Positions 1 to 12,992 of a stretch of 38,300 nucleotides of DNA are shown here, in pieces (position 1 is the first letter of the stretch; the number at the start of each line of letters is the position of its first letter). The translations under genes and the position numbers were made by a program. The DNA is from Polymyxa betae A26-41 (Eukaryota > Protista > Endomyxa: Phytomyxea): positions 1 to 38,300 of the forward strand of contig RBZT01000613.1 of the NCBI GenBank assembly GCA_003693705.1, given 5' to 3'. The notes beneath the pieces are model-generated. The model saw nothing but the letters and a program-made list of their open reading frames with translations. It was not told the DNA's origin and did not search any database.

Positions 1-105
1 GGGCCTCTCTGCTGTGTGTCTCCCCTGGAGATGGTCATAGTGCATTGCATTCGATGGATGGCGGTGCTGGTTTTCGCCGTCCATGACACAGCCACAAGCT
101 GATCC

Positions 106-1984
106 ATGCATTCCGACGAGGTCGACATCAGTCCTGGTGTAAGATTGCAAGCCAACCTCATGGCAGCCCATGAACCCCAGAACTACTATCTACCAGCATT
201 CGTCGTGTCTATTCGAGAAAAATTATCTTCTCGGCATCAAGCAGTAATCGCTGCCATTCTATTAACTGCGATGATTGTCGCTTATTACATACTTCTTGTT
301 CCTGCCACTGCTGGTGACGGAACCAAACCAGTTTTTGTCACTTGCAATGAAGGTCTGTAATTGACATTACAACATCTTCTTTACAGACATTCTTTTGCAG
401 TAATTTCATGGAAAGCTAATGCAACCTGTGGTATCAACGCCCAGGATTGTAATCCGCTGGAATCGTCTTGGACAAGGTGAAAAGAATGAATTGATAATCA
501 AATTTGTTTTAACTTTCTCCACAGTTACCGGTGCCCGTCGTCTTGCTTGAACTCAGGCTCAGCTTTAACTCCAAGTTAGACAGCCTCCTATTGATTAGTG
601 CGACAATCAGCTAAAGGCATTTTCTTAGTCGGCAGTGGACCTTATCGTGGCGATTCTGGGATCTGCCTAGCTGCTATTCATAGTGGTGTTATTTCAACTA
701 ATACTGGTGGATGTTTCTACCTGCGACGATCAGGATGGCACGACTATTTCGCCCATTCGTCCCGTAATACGATCACATCAGGTTAGCGTCTTGCTTGCAT
801 TTGCGGTCGCTTTGATAACGGAATATTAGCTGCATATCGAGCACCCTATCCGCTTACGTATGAGCTCATGGAAGATCCCTCTGCAAGACTTTGTTATGAT
901 TTCTCTTTCTCTGTGATTTTGCCGTTAATGTTTGCTACGATCGTCATATTGGCGATTCTCAAAGTTGCTGAAGTGTACTTATGGGTGACTTTGGTTTGCA
1001 GTGCGGCTTTGTATACAGCTGGTCCTATCTCTGCCTTTCTTTCTGCTTATGACGTCGCTATCAATTTGCAAACCCACTGTATTGCTTTCGGTGGATTTAT
1101 TTGGCTGTTATGGGACCATGGTGGACGTGTACATTTTCATGGTGTATCAGATAAACCATTTCAGCTGGTGGCGTTTTATATTATCCCCTTCTTTGTGGTT
1201 TTGCATCTAGATTATGCCCGCGCTATCAATCGCGATTTCGACCTGACTTTATCCAGCAGCTTTCTGAATGGCGCTAGTCCAGTCACTGTATTGTTTGCTG
1301 CTGGAGTTGTACTGATTATGCTCTTGTTTGCTATATATCTGATTTATCACCTGTTTAAATCACATGCACTGAAGCCTGTCGTTTTACAATATGCCAAGTT
1401 CCTTTTGCCAATCTCGGTTCTCGCCGTTTCAGTTGGCGTTGCAACTGCCGGTTCATTTCATCTGCACCACTATATTCTGCCGCTTCTAGTTTGGGGACTG
1501 GTTGCTGCCCTCGATAAGCCGACCTCACAGTCGATGCTTATTCAATCGGTCATTCTTGCACTGTTCGTAAATGGCGTCATCCAATGGGGAATGGACCCTT
1601 TATTCGACATAGTATCCGACGTTGGAGATTTTGGATCGTGGCAGCCGACCTTGACGTTCAATGTAACTCCTAACAAAACCTCTAATTATACCGATCTCTC
1701 TGTGTACTGGCTCAAAGACGCCCAGTATAACACTACTGTCGTTTATTCACTTCAGCTGAATATGATTGAGGCTTACAGAGGTGCAGACACTAATGTTACG
1801 TTGAGAAATGTGCCGACAAATGCCAGGTACGGTCAAGCGCTGGTCATGCTGACCTCCTGATCTTCTGAATAGGTATCAACATGAGATCTGTGTAGGACAG
1901 GTCTGGTTTGGTGACCAGCTGCCTTGTATTGGACAAGTTCGATTTCAGTTTACAAACTCGTCGTCCGTTAGCTTATTATCGTAG
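106..1984 (+). CDS. LCCL-domain multi-pass membrane protein (multi-exon)
   Basis: The exon near 627-781 encodes VGSGPYRGDSGICLAAIHSGVISTNTGGC, the LCCL signature Y..DS.IC.AAIH.G. It is followed by many hydrophobic segments and FHLHHYILPLL, as in fungal-type LCCL membrane proteins. GT-AG introns join the ORFs; the last exon after the intron at ~1827-1872 ends SSVSLLS* at TAG 1982-1984. Confidence 0.8.
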
Positions 1985-2024
1985 CTCAGAATGGATGACT
2001 TCTTGATACGGCTATGCCTGAGTT

Positions 2025-2070
2025 CTATCGGCCATACGTTTAGGATACTATCGGCCATGCGTTTAGGATA
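2025..2070. repeat. 23-bp tandem duplication (2 copies, 1 mismatch)
   Basis: ctatcggccatacgtttaggata followed by ctatcggccatgcgtttaggata, just downstream of the LCCL gene stop. Confidence 0.9.
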
Positions 2071-2187
2071 CAGGGTCGCCTGTTGATAAAGATCAGACAA
2101 CTAGACCATTCCAATCAAATCTTAACTCAGAATTCTGCCAAAAAATAATTGCAATTTATTTATTCGATCATACTGGCCAATACACCA

Positions 2188-4688
2188 TCAGCCGAGAAAG
2201 TGATCCTCCTTTTCCAGTTCTTCTTCTGCATTGTTTTCGCTTTTAACAGTCAACCTGGCCAGTGCTTGGCGATATCTGATTAGGGAGTCCATCGATTTCA
2301 CCCATTGATCGCGTAGCTGCTCGGTCGGCGCCTCCAAACTTAGCCGTCGGCCGTCTTTCATGAACACCGAGAACGATAAGTTCTCGCTAGCTGGCGTGAA
2401 CATTATCGATTCACGAAGCAGCTCAGGTGAAGACCTTCCTGAAACGATTTTCTCACAGTTATCCAAGAAGAATGACCTGGGCTTCTTATTTGGTTCTTTC
2501 CATACTAGGAATCTTAAATCTGTAGAGACGAAGACCTGCCTCTTTCTAGGCGCTGCTGTTTTACAATGCTTGGTAAGAACACCCCCAGCTGTTAAGTTGC
2601 AGTGAATTTCAGCAAACCCAATTGTCATAATCTCCCTTACCGCAAAGGAATAAACGAATGTTCTGATCAAGTTCTGGGAGCTTGAATTCATCGACTGATG
2701 CCATGGTTTTACCATTACCCTTATTTCGACTGACGGTTGTTGTTGATTCGACATCATGCAAGAAGTCATTAGCAGCTCGTGTGACCTTGGCATCAGCTGA
2801 ATGTTGAAACCGTAATGCCTCGGCCATCTTAACGGCACCCATCTCTTTCAGTTTCGCTCGAGCCGGTAACGACGTCCTGATCACTTTCCGCAAGCATTCC
2901 AGAATATTAGTGACCTGAGGTGCACTCCGCGATTCTTCGGTCAGCATGCGCAGGGCCAGGTCCAGTATTCCCAGTTGGATCAAGAACTCGGCCCCCGTTA
3001 AGCTGAGACCGATATCACCACAGATGGCCAGGATCGCCGGGCACGTATTTGTCTATATGACCAGAAACCGATATCGTTCATCGAAAGCGACCAATAACAA
3101 GGGGCGACACAGAAACGTACCTTGTTTAGATTCGGAACGTTTAGCATGGCGATCAACGCCGGGCCCAATTTCGACGCCACCACGTCGGCAACATCACTAT
3201 ACGCCAACAGGCGCTGCAACAGCTGTAGCATATTATCAAGGACGGAGCCGTTCAGTTCCGGCTGGGCCAGTACGTAGGCCATCAGATCGAGCAGCTGCGT
3301 GTCGACGAGGGTCTGCGGTGTGATCACGGTCGTCGTCGTGAGCTCAGCGAGGACATCGAAAACGAGACGCAATCCGACGGGATCGGCGATCTGATGGATG
3401 CCGACAGCGACCACCGATGGCAGAATGTTGACCTGCTCGAGACGGCACCGCGCATTGTTGTCAGTCAGGATAGCGCCCAGCAGCGTGACGGCAGCGCTAG
3501 CGATTGGGCCGCGATCTGGGAACATATAGATGGATGATAAGGCGACCGGGATCGATAGGAGGCGGATCATGGCCAGAAGGTGGATCTGCGATCTCGAGCA
3601 TCGCGAGTATAATGAGAGAAGGAGCTGCAGGACGGCGGCTTGGACTGAGGCCCTGGTTGAGCGAAGTTTAGCGGCCAACAAAACGATGGCGATCATGGGC
3701 GTATCGATTAAGATGATTAGTGAGCGTTCTGAGCAGTTCGAGACGAGCTGATTGAAGATCGCGATGCCGGCTTCGAGGACATTGTCGTCCGAATGGCGAT
3801 GTTCGAACAAAAGTTCACACATCTGTCCAACGATATGTTCGTCTAGAACGATGACGATGTTCTCATGGCCTTGAGCGAACGCTCCGATGGCGAGAAACAC
3901 GTGCTTAATCAAGGCGGGATCGGAAACAGTTTGTAGAATTCCAGACAGAGCTCGACAGCCGTTCAGGTCGGCTACGACTCGCTGCTCGTTCGGTCCATTG
4001 CGACAGATATTCATGAGTGCGACCAAGGCGGCTTCCACCAAACTGTTCTCGTTGGCGTACCGAGTGACACCTTCGATGATGCTGGCGACACAGCCGCAGT
4101 CGACCATGGTGCTGATATTGTCGGGTGATTGGACCGATAGATTCGCCAGGCAATAGAAGCACGTATCTAAGATCTTGACGTTGGTTTTATGGATGCTGAT
4201 GACATCGGCGATGGCCTGGATTCCGTCGTGGATTCGGACCAAGTTCTGGAAATGCATATTCGTGCTAGAATCGGCCAAGATTGACACTGAGACGATCACC
4301 AAGGGTGGCGATATCGTATGCCGCCTTAACGTGCGAATAAGAAGCGATGGAAGATTATGCTCAACCATGGATGCTACCGCATTGCTATCTCGGGCAAACC
4401 ATCCCACCGATTTCATCACTTGAATGCAGATCTCCTCATCCTGAACCAATCCGGTTAGTGATTGTCGTTCTGCGATTGAGATTCGCTCACTTTTGGAAAT
4501 CGCTGCAGAACAATGCCGAATGATTGGTAAGCACCCTTGGCGATTAAACGGCTTGCGATAGAAAGACGTTCGGAATCTGGCAGCTTGGGCCTGGTGGCAG
4601 CCAGCAGCTGAAGGATTTGTTCGCGATCATTATCAACAGTTAATAAGTCATGCAGAGCCGTACTGATGTCATCTTCGACAGAGGACAT
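2188..4688 (-). CDS. Armadillo-repeat protein with C-terminal PH domain (about 4 exons)
   Basis: ORFs 4455-4688, 2998-4449, 2609-2983 and 2188-2838 join across short introns. ARM-like repeats are visible (GIQAIADVI..H..N..IL..CFYCLANLS; GCVASII......N..LVEAALVALMNIC). The C-terminus GGVLTKHCKTAAPRKRQVFVSTDLRFLVWK...SFSVF...RRLSLEAPTEQLRDQWVKSM resembles a PLC-type PH domain. Confidence 0.75.
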
Positions 4689-4890
4689 TGAAGATATATC
4701 TCTGCATCCACCCTATTAAACTTCCTACCAAGATTTACGCTCGTACTTGGTAGATCGGGCACGCGTTATATATCGCTAAAACAGCTTCTCGTGCTATGGA
4801 TGCCAAGCAAATACCGAACGGCAACGACAAAGTATTTAGCCAATCTAGATAAATATTAAATATGTTAATTTAACATGACATAGATAAAGA

Positions 4891-7800
4891 TCAATGAACT
4901 GGCAATTCTCCATACTCAGCTCGATATTGAGCTAATCGTTTTGACGTTTCCGCATACTGGAACTTGAGATCTTCTATCTCATCGAAAAAGGATTCATCAA
5001 ATGCACTTAGCTCTGTTTTTAAAGCCTATTTCAAAGTAAATACCAAACTCAAGACCATTCGAGAGAAGATACTTCGTTTTCCGCTACCAAGGAGGCATAC
5101 TTTCTGTGAAGCTCATTCCAGCGTCCTGATTTCTCTAAACTGGATTGCATAATCGGTTCCGAAACTTTTCATATTCAACAACAGTCTAAAAACAAGTGGA
5201 AAAGACACCCAAGTTACCTTGTTGTTCGCTACTGGCCTGCAAATCCTCAATAGTTTGTCTCAACTCTTCAATCTGCGCTTCAAGTTCCAGGACCGATTGA
5301 GCTAACAGATTTGCTTCCGATTCTTTCGCAGTCAGTTCTTGCTTCACCTAAATCCATTTGGTGTAAGGCAGTACGTTGCTGGACCAGGTGAAATTACCTT
5401 CGCTAGTGTTTTCCTCAGAGCTCTGTAACTGAGTTTTGCAGTAGATTCAGCTCGGGCAAGCGATGCGATCTCTTCACTTTTAGCATGGAGTTGGGCCTTG
5501 AGTGTTTCGACCTCGGAACTCCAATCTTTCTTCGCCTGTGACATTTTCAGATACATGAAACTAGGAAATCAAGCATGAACCTTTTTCAGTGAGCGAACGG
5601 CCTCGGTGTATTTCAAATGGGAATGCGAATTTAGTCGAAGTGTTTCGTTTTCCTGCTTCAACGAGTCAATTATTTTTGCCATAGAATCTATTGCTGCGGT
5701 TAATTCGCTTTCAGATTTTGATTCCTTTAATATAATCAGTGACCTGCTAGCAGCCTTAATCAGTTTGCTATAACCTTTATATTGGATGACGGTTTAATTC
5801 CTCGCGCCGACAATTGCTCCAACTGCGCAATCCTCTTTCGAAGCCTCTGAATAACAATATTTGAATGCTCCTTGTCAAAACGCAGATCGAGGTTTTCGCA
5901 ACTTGTTGCGAGATTTTTTTGTGACAACTCCTAATCCAAGCAATAAGCGGCGATTGCGTCAAAACAGATGCAAACACCTCACATCGAGCTCCTGTTTCAG
6001 TTTGGACTTCTCAGGCGCTGAACGAGGCTTATCCTTGATGAGAGCCTGAGCCTTCTTCAGCTCGAACTCCAACTGCGCTATTCGACCGCCAGCCTCAACT
6101 TCAAGTCTGAATTTCAATGAGGATTACGGATGAAGCCAAGCTAGAGGCAACTGACTTCTTTTTCAAGTTGATAACTTCGTCTTGACTATGGAAAAGTTGG
6201 GATCGTAGTTCCTCTACTGATTCCAATTGATCCTCAGAAACAGCTATAGAGTTGCATTTCCCTTGTTTTCCGATCTGTTCTGATGATCGCAACGCCTCGA
6301 TCAGTTGCCGGTTGTCATTCTCCAACCGTTGCAGCTTCATCTTCAGGTCAGAGATACACATCTCCAGTTTCTTCATATCAGTCGATTTGTCTTTTAGCTT
6401 GACCTGAATTATGCTGAGTAGATTATGCAGCTTTGAAGGTTGCCCAAACCTTTAACGATTCGACTTTCTTCTCCAGTTTCTTTTTTAACTCCCATTGCTC
6501 AAAAGCATTCTTTTGAGAGCCTCGAGGAGACACAACATCATTGTCTGGGAAACATACAGGACTGCTTGCTCGCGAGGTCTTAACTGTTTCAGTTAGAATT
6601 CGCTGATGGCGCCTATTGTCTTTATCTTGCATTGTCTCAATCACCTTCTCTTGATCGAAGACAACTTGTTGCAATTCATCGATCTTCGATTTGGCTAATC
6701 CGTCGCTGGTTAGGAAAACTAGAGAAAGTGAAGATCAATGAATACCTTGTTGGAGCTGCTCTAAATCCAATGTGAGCAATTTCAATTTTTCAGAAACGGC
6801 AGTATGCTTTTCTCGTTGATGTTTTAATTTCGACCTCTCAGCATTAAGCTGATTGTGCAGAGAAGAAATCTCAGCATGGGAAGATTCAAGAGCTTTTCGG
6901 GCCAGTTGAAGGTCACTAAGAGCTGAACGGTGCTGTTGTTCGAGATTCCTTGAAAATTGCATCAGCTGAACAAGATTATGTTGATTGCAAACTACAGACC
7001 TGAAATTCTCCTCCAATTCGGTTTTTTGACGTTCGAACTTCTTCACAGTCGCTTTAAGGCAAGAGATTGTTTTCTTCATTTCGTTGATGCTGGCCGGAGA
7101 AGCCTACCACGAATTAGATTGGAGCGTACAAAGAGAAGACCATTACAGCCGGCTGAGGTGGCGGTTGCCGCTGCCTGAGCATCACCATCTGCTCTTTTAA
7201 CTGTACAATCACTTCTTCTAAATGTGTCTGTTTTCTGGATTTTTCCAACAGTTCTTGACGCAAATCGGACAGCATCTGTTCGGTCTCTTGCCATGAAACC
7301 AATTCAGCTTCATATTTCTGAACCCGATCCTTCAAAGCGGTCTGTTCAGCCTCTAGATCAGATGACCTGTACGTTGTTAAACGCTAGTGATACTGAACTT
7401 CAACATCAGCTGAACGAATGTTGCGTACGAAAAGGAAACCGGAAAATATTGACATTCGTACCTTTTCCTTGACTGTTCGAGTATTGACTGAACAGTTTTC
7501 AACTCGATCGTTAACTCCTGTATTGGAGTTGAACAAGGCATGCGGAGCCCTTAAAGAATGTACCTCGATTGTTTTTTGTTTCTGCGCAAGCGCCTCCTCA
7601 TGCTGCTTGATCGAGATTAGGCTCATCGGAACCTGTTTGGCATCCTCTATCTTGTTCAAGGCGTTGTGCAGCATGCTTGATTGTTCAGCTTTTTCGTTTG
7701 CAATCTGTTCCTTTAACTGCTCTATAACCAGAGTATCGAGTTCCTTCTCTGAATGATATTTCTCGAACGTTCGCTCAAGCATATCCCTGGAACACGTTAT

Positions 7801-10800
7801 GTTCAAAATCAGACCTGCAACAGTGCACAAGACGAACCGATATTTAGTCAGAGCAGCATCCTTTTGTGAAAGCAGAACACGGAGGCTCTGTATGGTGATC
7901 TCGGCCGCCTTCAAGATTTTGTCTTTGGACAGTTCGGGATCCGGATCGGTTGCAACTATTAATGCCTCCGCTTCCGCTCTCATTTTCGATTCAAGCCTAA
8001 CAAGGGGTAATCTCAGATTGAGCGTAGTCGATGCCTCAAACTCATTCTGACTTGCTTAATTGCTGTCGCTGAAGTTCGATGATCTCCTCTTTGGATTCAA
8101 GGGCTGATTGCAGGAGGTTCACTTCGTGCCGCACCTGTGCCATTTCTCTTCCGTAATGTTCTTCCAGTTCTTGTGGCAAATCTGAGCGTTCGATATTGAC
8201 GTCGTTTCTCTGGGGTCTTCGTTTTGATAATTCCGCTAGTTCTGACGCTTGCTGTTTGAAATAAACAGTTTGTGTTATCAGTTTCGAGTCCTACGAACGG
8301 CTGTTAGGATTGTTTTCTGAACCTATCACATAGATTGACCTTCTCCGAAACGATCAGCTGCAAACGTTGCACTTCTTCCTGGCATTCAAGAAAAAGCTTC
8401 TCATTGAATGAATTCCGGTTGGAAAGAGAAGCAACTTGATGCTATCGTCGAGACAGTAAGCAGCTGGCAATCGATCCGCTACACGTGACACTTACTTCAA
8501 GTTGCAATTTGGTTAATTTCAGTTGCTTCAACTGTTTCGTCCATTCAAGAATCTGCAACTGGAACTTCTCGTCTATCCCACCGGTTTGAAGCGACCTGAC
8601 AAAATCATTTGTCTCTTCTTTCTGCGCTTGATCGATCTTCAATTGGCCCAATGATTCTTCAGCTTGGCGACATCGGTCACGAGCCTTAATAATTTCTGTT
8701 CACAAGGCTTAAGTGAGAGCGGATCGTTTAATACTGTACGCGAATACCTGACCGAGCATCAACCAATCGCTTTGTGAGTGATTTATTCGTGTTATGTAAG
8801 GCCAAGGCCTGGTCGCGGGTTAGCCCCAAGCTATCTGCAGTAGCGATATTGGCCAGACATTGATGAAGGAACTGAATTCGGCTTCGCAGTGCCAAATGTT
8901 CAGAGAATGATGCCGCTGCACACTCATCAAGCAAGCGCGATTGTCTCAACACTTCTGTTTCCAAACTGCAACTGAGTTTCAGCACGCATGAATGTCATGA
9001 CACAATAAACTATCATACGTTTGCAGTTGCTCTGCGTTCTCCTCCAAAGTGCGCTTCAGGCTACGAATCTCCAAACGCGCGTCGATGAGTTCGTGATGCA
9101 GTTGACCAAGAGCGACGTGTTCGTCACTGCTGGTTTGCAGCTGAACAATCGCTTGTTTCATACCTAATCCGGAATAGTATTGAATATTTGCTGAGTATGT
9201 TGAATAACAAACGCACCTGTAATCAGCTCCTCGCTTTCCTGTTTGGCATCGCTCAAATGAGCAGCTTGCTTTTTCGCAATCTGAAAAAGCTTCTTGAAGC
9301 GAATGGCGTTGCTTTTAGCCTTTGAGAGCTGCGATTGGAGATCGGCCATAGCAGTTGCATGTTCTGCATTCTGAGTCGAGAGAGTCTTCCGTAACTGAAC
9401 AGCGGCGTCTTTCTCGATATGATACGATAATAATAAAGACTGATGTTTGCTTTCAAGATCAGTTAAGTCAGCAGATAGCTTCGCATAGCGAGATGCATTC
9501 TCTGAGAGCTGCATTTGTGCCCGAACGAGCGCCCGCTGAGCATTCCCTTCTCGAATCTCCAGCGCAGCGAGTTGTGCCAGCAGCTGGACTTTATTATCAT
9601 CTGCTAAGAACCTCAGGCGTTATTTTTCCTTCAACTGAAAACCGACCTTCGCAAGGCATTTCATCGAGTTTCTCTTGAAGTACTTCAACCTGAGCAGCAA
9701 GGGATTCCGCTTTCACATTCGCATCAGACGCTTGTTGTGCATGCTGATCGACAGCAGCTTGCATATCGTTAATATTTTGACATTGCTGTTGCAGATGTGC
9801 GTGGTCAGCAACAAGTTCGGAGAACCTAAACTGTAGCGATCAGATGAGGTCATAAATTCCTTTCCATTGAGCTGACCTCGACTGATTGCTCTTAAGTTCA
9901 GACTGTAAACTCTCGTACAGCTCACAATGGACAGAGTCGCGAAGCTGGGATTCTAGTGTTTGGACCCGAGCGGTGGAATTTGAGAGCGAATGCTCCAACT
10001 GCACAATTCGAGCCTTAAGCACCTGCTCAAGTTTGATTCGTTCGTCGCGGCTACGTGCCTCTCGCTGCATTTTTCAAAGTTAGAATACGATTCTGACAAT
10101 CGCAAGCCTGATTGGCTAATTTACTGATTCTAGAGTCAGCAATGCGTGTTCGAGTACGTTCAACCTGCGGGTGAGAAGAATCTCATTGGACTGTAACACA
10201 GCGATTCGTCTAATGGAAAGGCTCAGATCACCTTCAACAAGGCATTATGCACTGTTACCTGCGAGAAGCCTCAGCAGCCACTTCTTGTGGTTCGGGTGCC
10301 TCCACTGAAGAGGAATCGTTTTGGCGGTTTGTTTCAGCCGATTGTATCATGATCGAGAGCTGACTGGATAATTTCTCTATCGTTTGCTCCAGCTGGTCCT
10401 TTTCGTTTTTGAAGTTTTCGTTGGCCTCGGCGTGTAGTAAAAACAGCGAATTGATGCGATCCGACAAACCAGAAATGGAGGCCTCATAATCCACAATGGT
10501 TGTTCTCGACATTCGTAACAACTCTTCTGTTTTCGCTAACTCTTGCAAACACGCGACGAAATGCGTAGCAGACAGCTGTCTGGAGAACAAGTTCAGGATT
10601 TCACTACAGATGTCATGGGTCGTCTTACTGGACTTCTGTCAACTCAGACTTTGATTCGAATTTAGTGTCATCCTTGGAATCATTTTCTGATTGTTTTCCG
10701 GGCTGCAAGCGACTGATTAACTCCATGATCTGGTCGATTTTCTTGTCGTTCATTTCTGTATTGGTGTTGGACAAAGCTCGTCGTAATTCGTTGCATTGAA

Positions 10801-12992
10801 TCATGGCCTGTGAAAGCAGTTTCAAATAATGAACGAAGTTGGCAAGAGTTCATTGTCAAAACCTGTTCATATTTCTCTTTCATGTCTGCTAGTGATTGAT
10901 GCGCATGATCTAATTGCAACTTCAGTTTGGCCGAAGGTTCATTTGCAGCTGCAACATCCTCTCCATTTCTCAAAGATTCCACAAACTGTAAAGCTAGTTA
11001 GCAAACCACGACGGCAAGATGGACAAATGCTTGGCATTAAGTCTTGACCTTTTCAACGACTTCCATTTTCTCGGCGGATAGACCGAAGAAAACAACACCA
11101 TTTTCGCCTTTTTGAATCGCTTTCTGACGCAGTTCTTCCAGCAAATCAAGCCTTTTTAGTATCAGAAAGACGCTGACGATTGAATACGCACGCTCATGCT
11201 ACCTCTCTTGTTCCAGTCGGTCAATTCTGTTCTTGTAATGATCGATCAATGACGATAACTTCTCTATTTCAACATGATGCTCAAGGATAAGCTCAGCTTC
11301 AGTGATTCCCCAGTCAATATCGACTCCAGCTTTCAAACGAAGCACTCTATTCTGGTCTTAGATCAAAACCGAAGGTAACTAAAGCCTGCGATTTCTATAC
11401 CTATTCTCTTCTAAAATTCGCTCTAGCTGGTGTTCGCGAGTGTTCAATTTTCCAGCCAGTGATGTAATCTCATTCTTCAACTGAGAAAGCTCTTCATTTA
11501 AGTTTCGTTGCTCTTTCAACGCATCATCAAGGCAATATCCTGAAGTACAAATTGAGTCCTTCACGGTGAAACAAACTTGTGCTGACTACCGCTTTCATAC
11601 AGCCGGATTCTTTCTCCCATCTCCAAAACTTTACGATTTGCATTTGTGGCTCGATCCTCCAGTAATGCAAAACGTGCACGTTCTGACATCAACTCATTGT
11701 TACTGCGAACTATCAGAAGAAGAAAGGCCATATGAGAGGCAGATATTACCGAGCCTCGACAAGGCTCTTGTAATGGTTCAATTGCTCCGACAAGCTCGTA
11801 ACAGTATCAGCTAATGTTGACTGAAATCCATTTGAGAAAGACACTATTAGTAAGCGCCCGTATACCTTGACTTTCTCTTCGAAATCTTCAGTGCGTTGAA
11901 GGAGTTGTGCATTCTCCGACTTTGCATTCAGCAGAGCTCGTTCGAGCTCTTGTCGCTCGAGCTCTTTCTGCGATAAATGATCGGAGAGTTTCACGGTGGC
12001 GGCTTCCATTTCCTCTGCAGAATGTCAGCAGAGGAAGTCTCTTGAATCTAACGCGCCATGCCTAATCGAGTGCCATCTTTTAGTTTGGCAATCAGGGCAG
12101 CTTGCGCCTGTAATTGCGTCTCATAGCTGTTGACCTAGAATTGGATTAGTCGTGACCATACTGAGAAGGAGAGCTGTCAACCTTTTGCAGCAATTCGTCA
12201 TTCAAATTAACAGCCTCTTTTTCAAATTGTTTGACGGATTCGGATCGTTGCTGAAAGACTACAAGCTGCTTATCAGCTTCTTCGCGATCCTTACAAAAGA
12301 TTAGGTATGGGTTTGATTTTTGAAAAGTCAATTACTTGTCTCAGCTGCTCAATGCCAATCTTGCTTTGTTCTCGATACTCGACGAATTCTTTTTGAACAG
12401 ATTCGGTAAGAGCCTCTTGAGCTTTCAACCGAGCAGAAATTTCCTGAACCTAGAATAAAGAGAAAATCATTATTTAAAGTAATTTGATGGTCATTTCGGA
12501 CACTAATTTGCTCGTCATAAAGCCGTTCGATTTCGTTTCGTAAGTCATGATTTTCTTCCAAAACTTTCTGGAGATGTTTCTACATTGTCGTGAGAAGCAG
12601 AAATGACAAAAGGCAATATTGAACCTGCAGTTTGCCCTGGGACGTGAGCTCCTTCAAACGGGCAATCTCCTCATCCTTTGCTGCACATTCCTCCTGCAGC
12701 TGCTGCAATTGAACCTCAATCTCCGATTTCGCCTTTTTATCGAGGAACGCTGCGGAGGCCCCAGGTACATTGCCACGAAATACCGTCATGGCACCCGGCG
12801 GCTCAGTTCGTTCCATCCTGGGAACGGAATCGCCGCCTCGGGCGTCCACAGTTTTATCGCTGGATGCGAATGCCTGAACGACTGAATTCCAGCTACGATA
12901 GAAAGCTTCTGAAGCTGGTCGCTGTCTGAATGGGATTCGAAATCGGGCTCCGACTTGGAATAGGGTTGCGGCGCCCACTGCAGTAATTCCAT
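4891..12992 (-). CDS. CEP290: Centrosomal/transition-zone protein CEP290 homolog (very many small exons)
   Basis: About 8 kb of coiled-coil exons. The last exon reads LKTELSAFDESFFDEIEDLKFQY, matching the CEP290 C-terminal FDPSFFEEIEDLKYNY motif. WELKKKLEKKVESLK and SDEHVALGQLHHEL match conserved internal blocks. Stop TGA is at 4891-4893; the start at 12992 is the likeliest ATG but uncertain. Confidence 0.85.

Noticed and set aside
8050-8056. Apparent GC-AG donor (GCAAGT) in CEP290
   Set aside because: The frame is only preserved using the canonical GT donor 4 nt further along.
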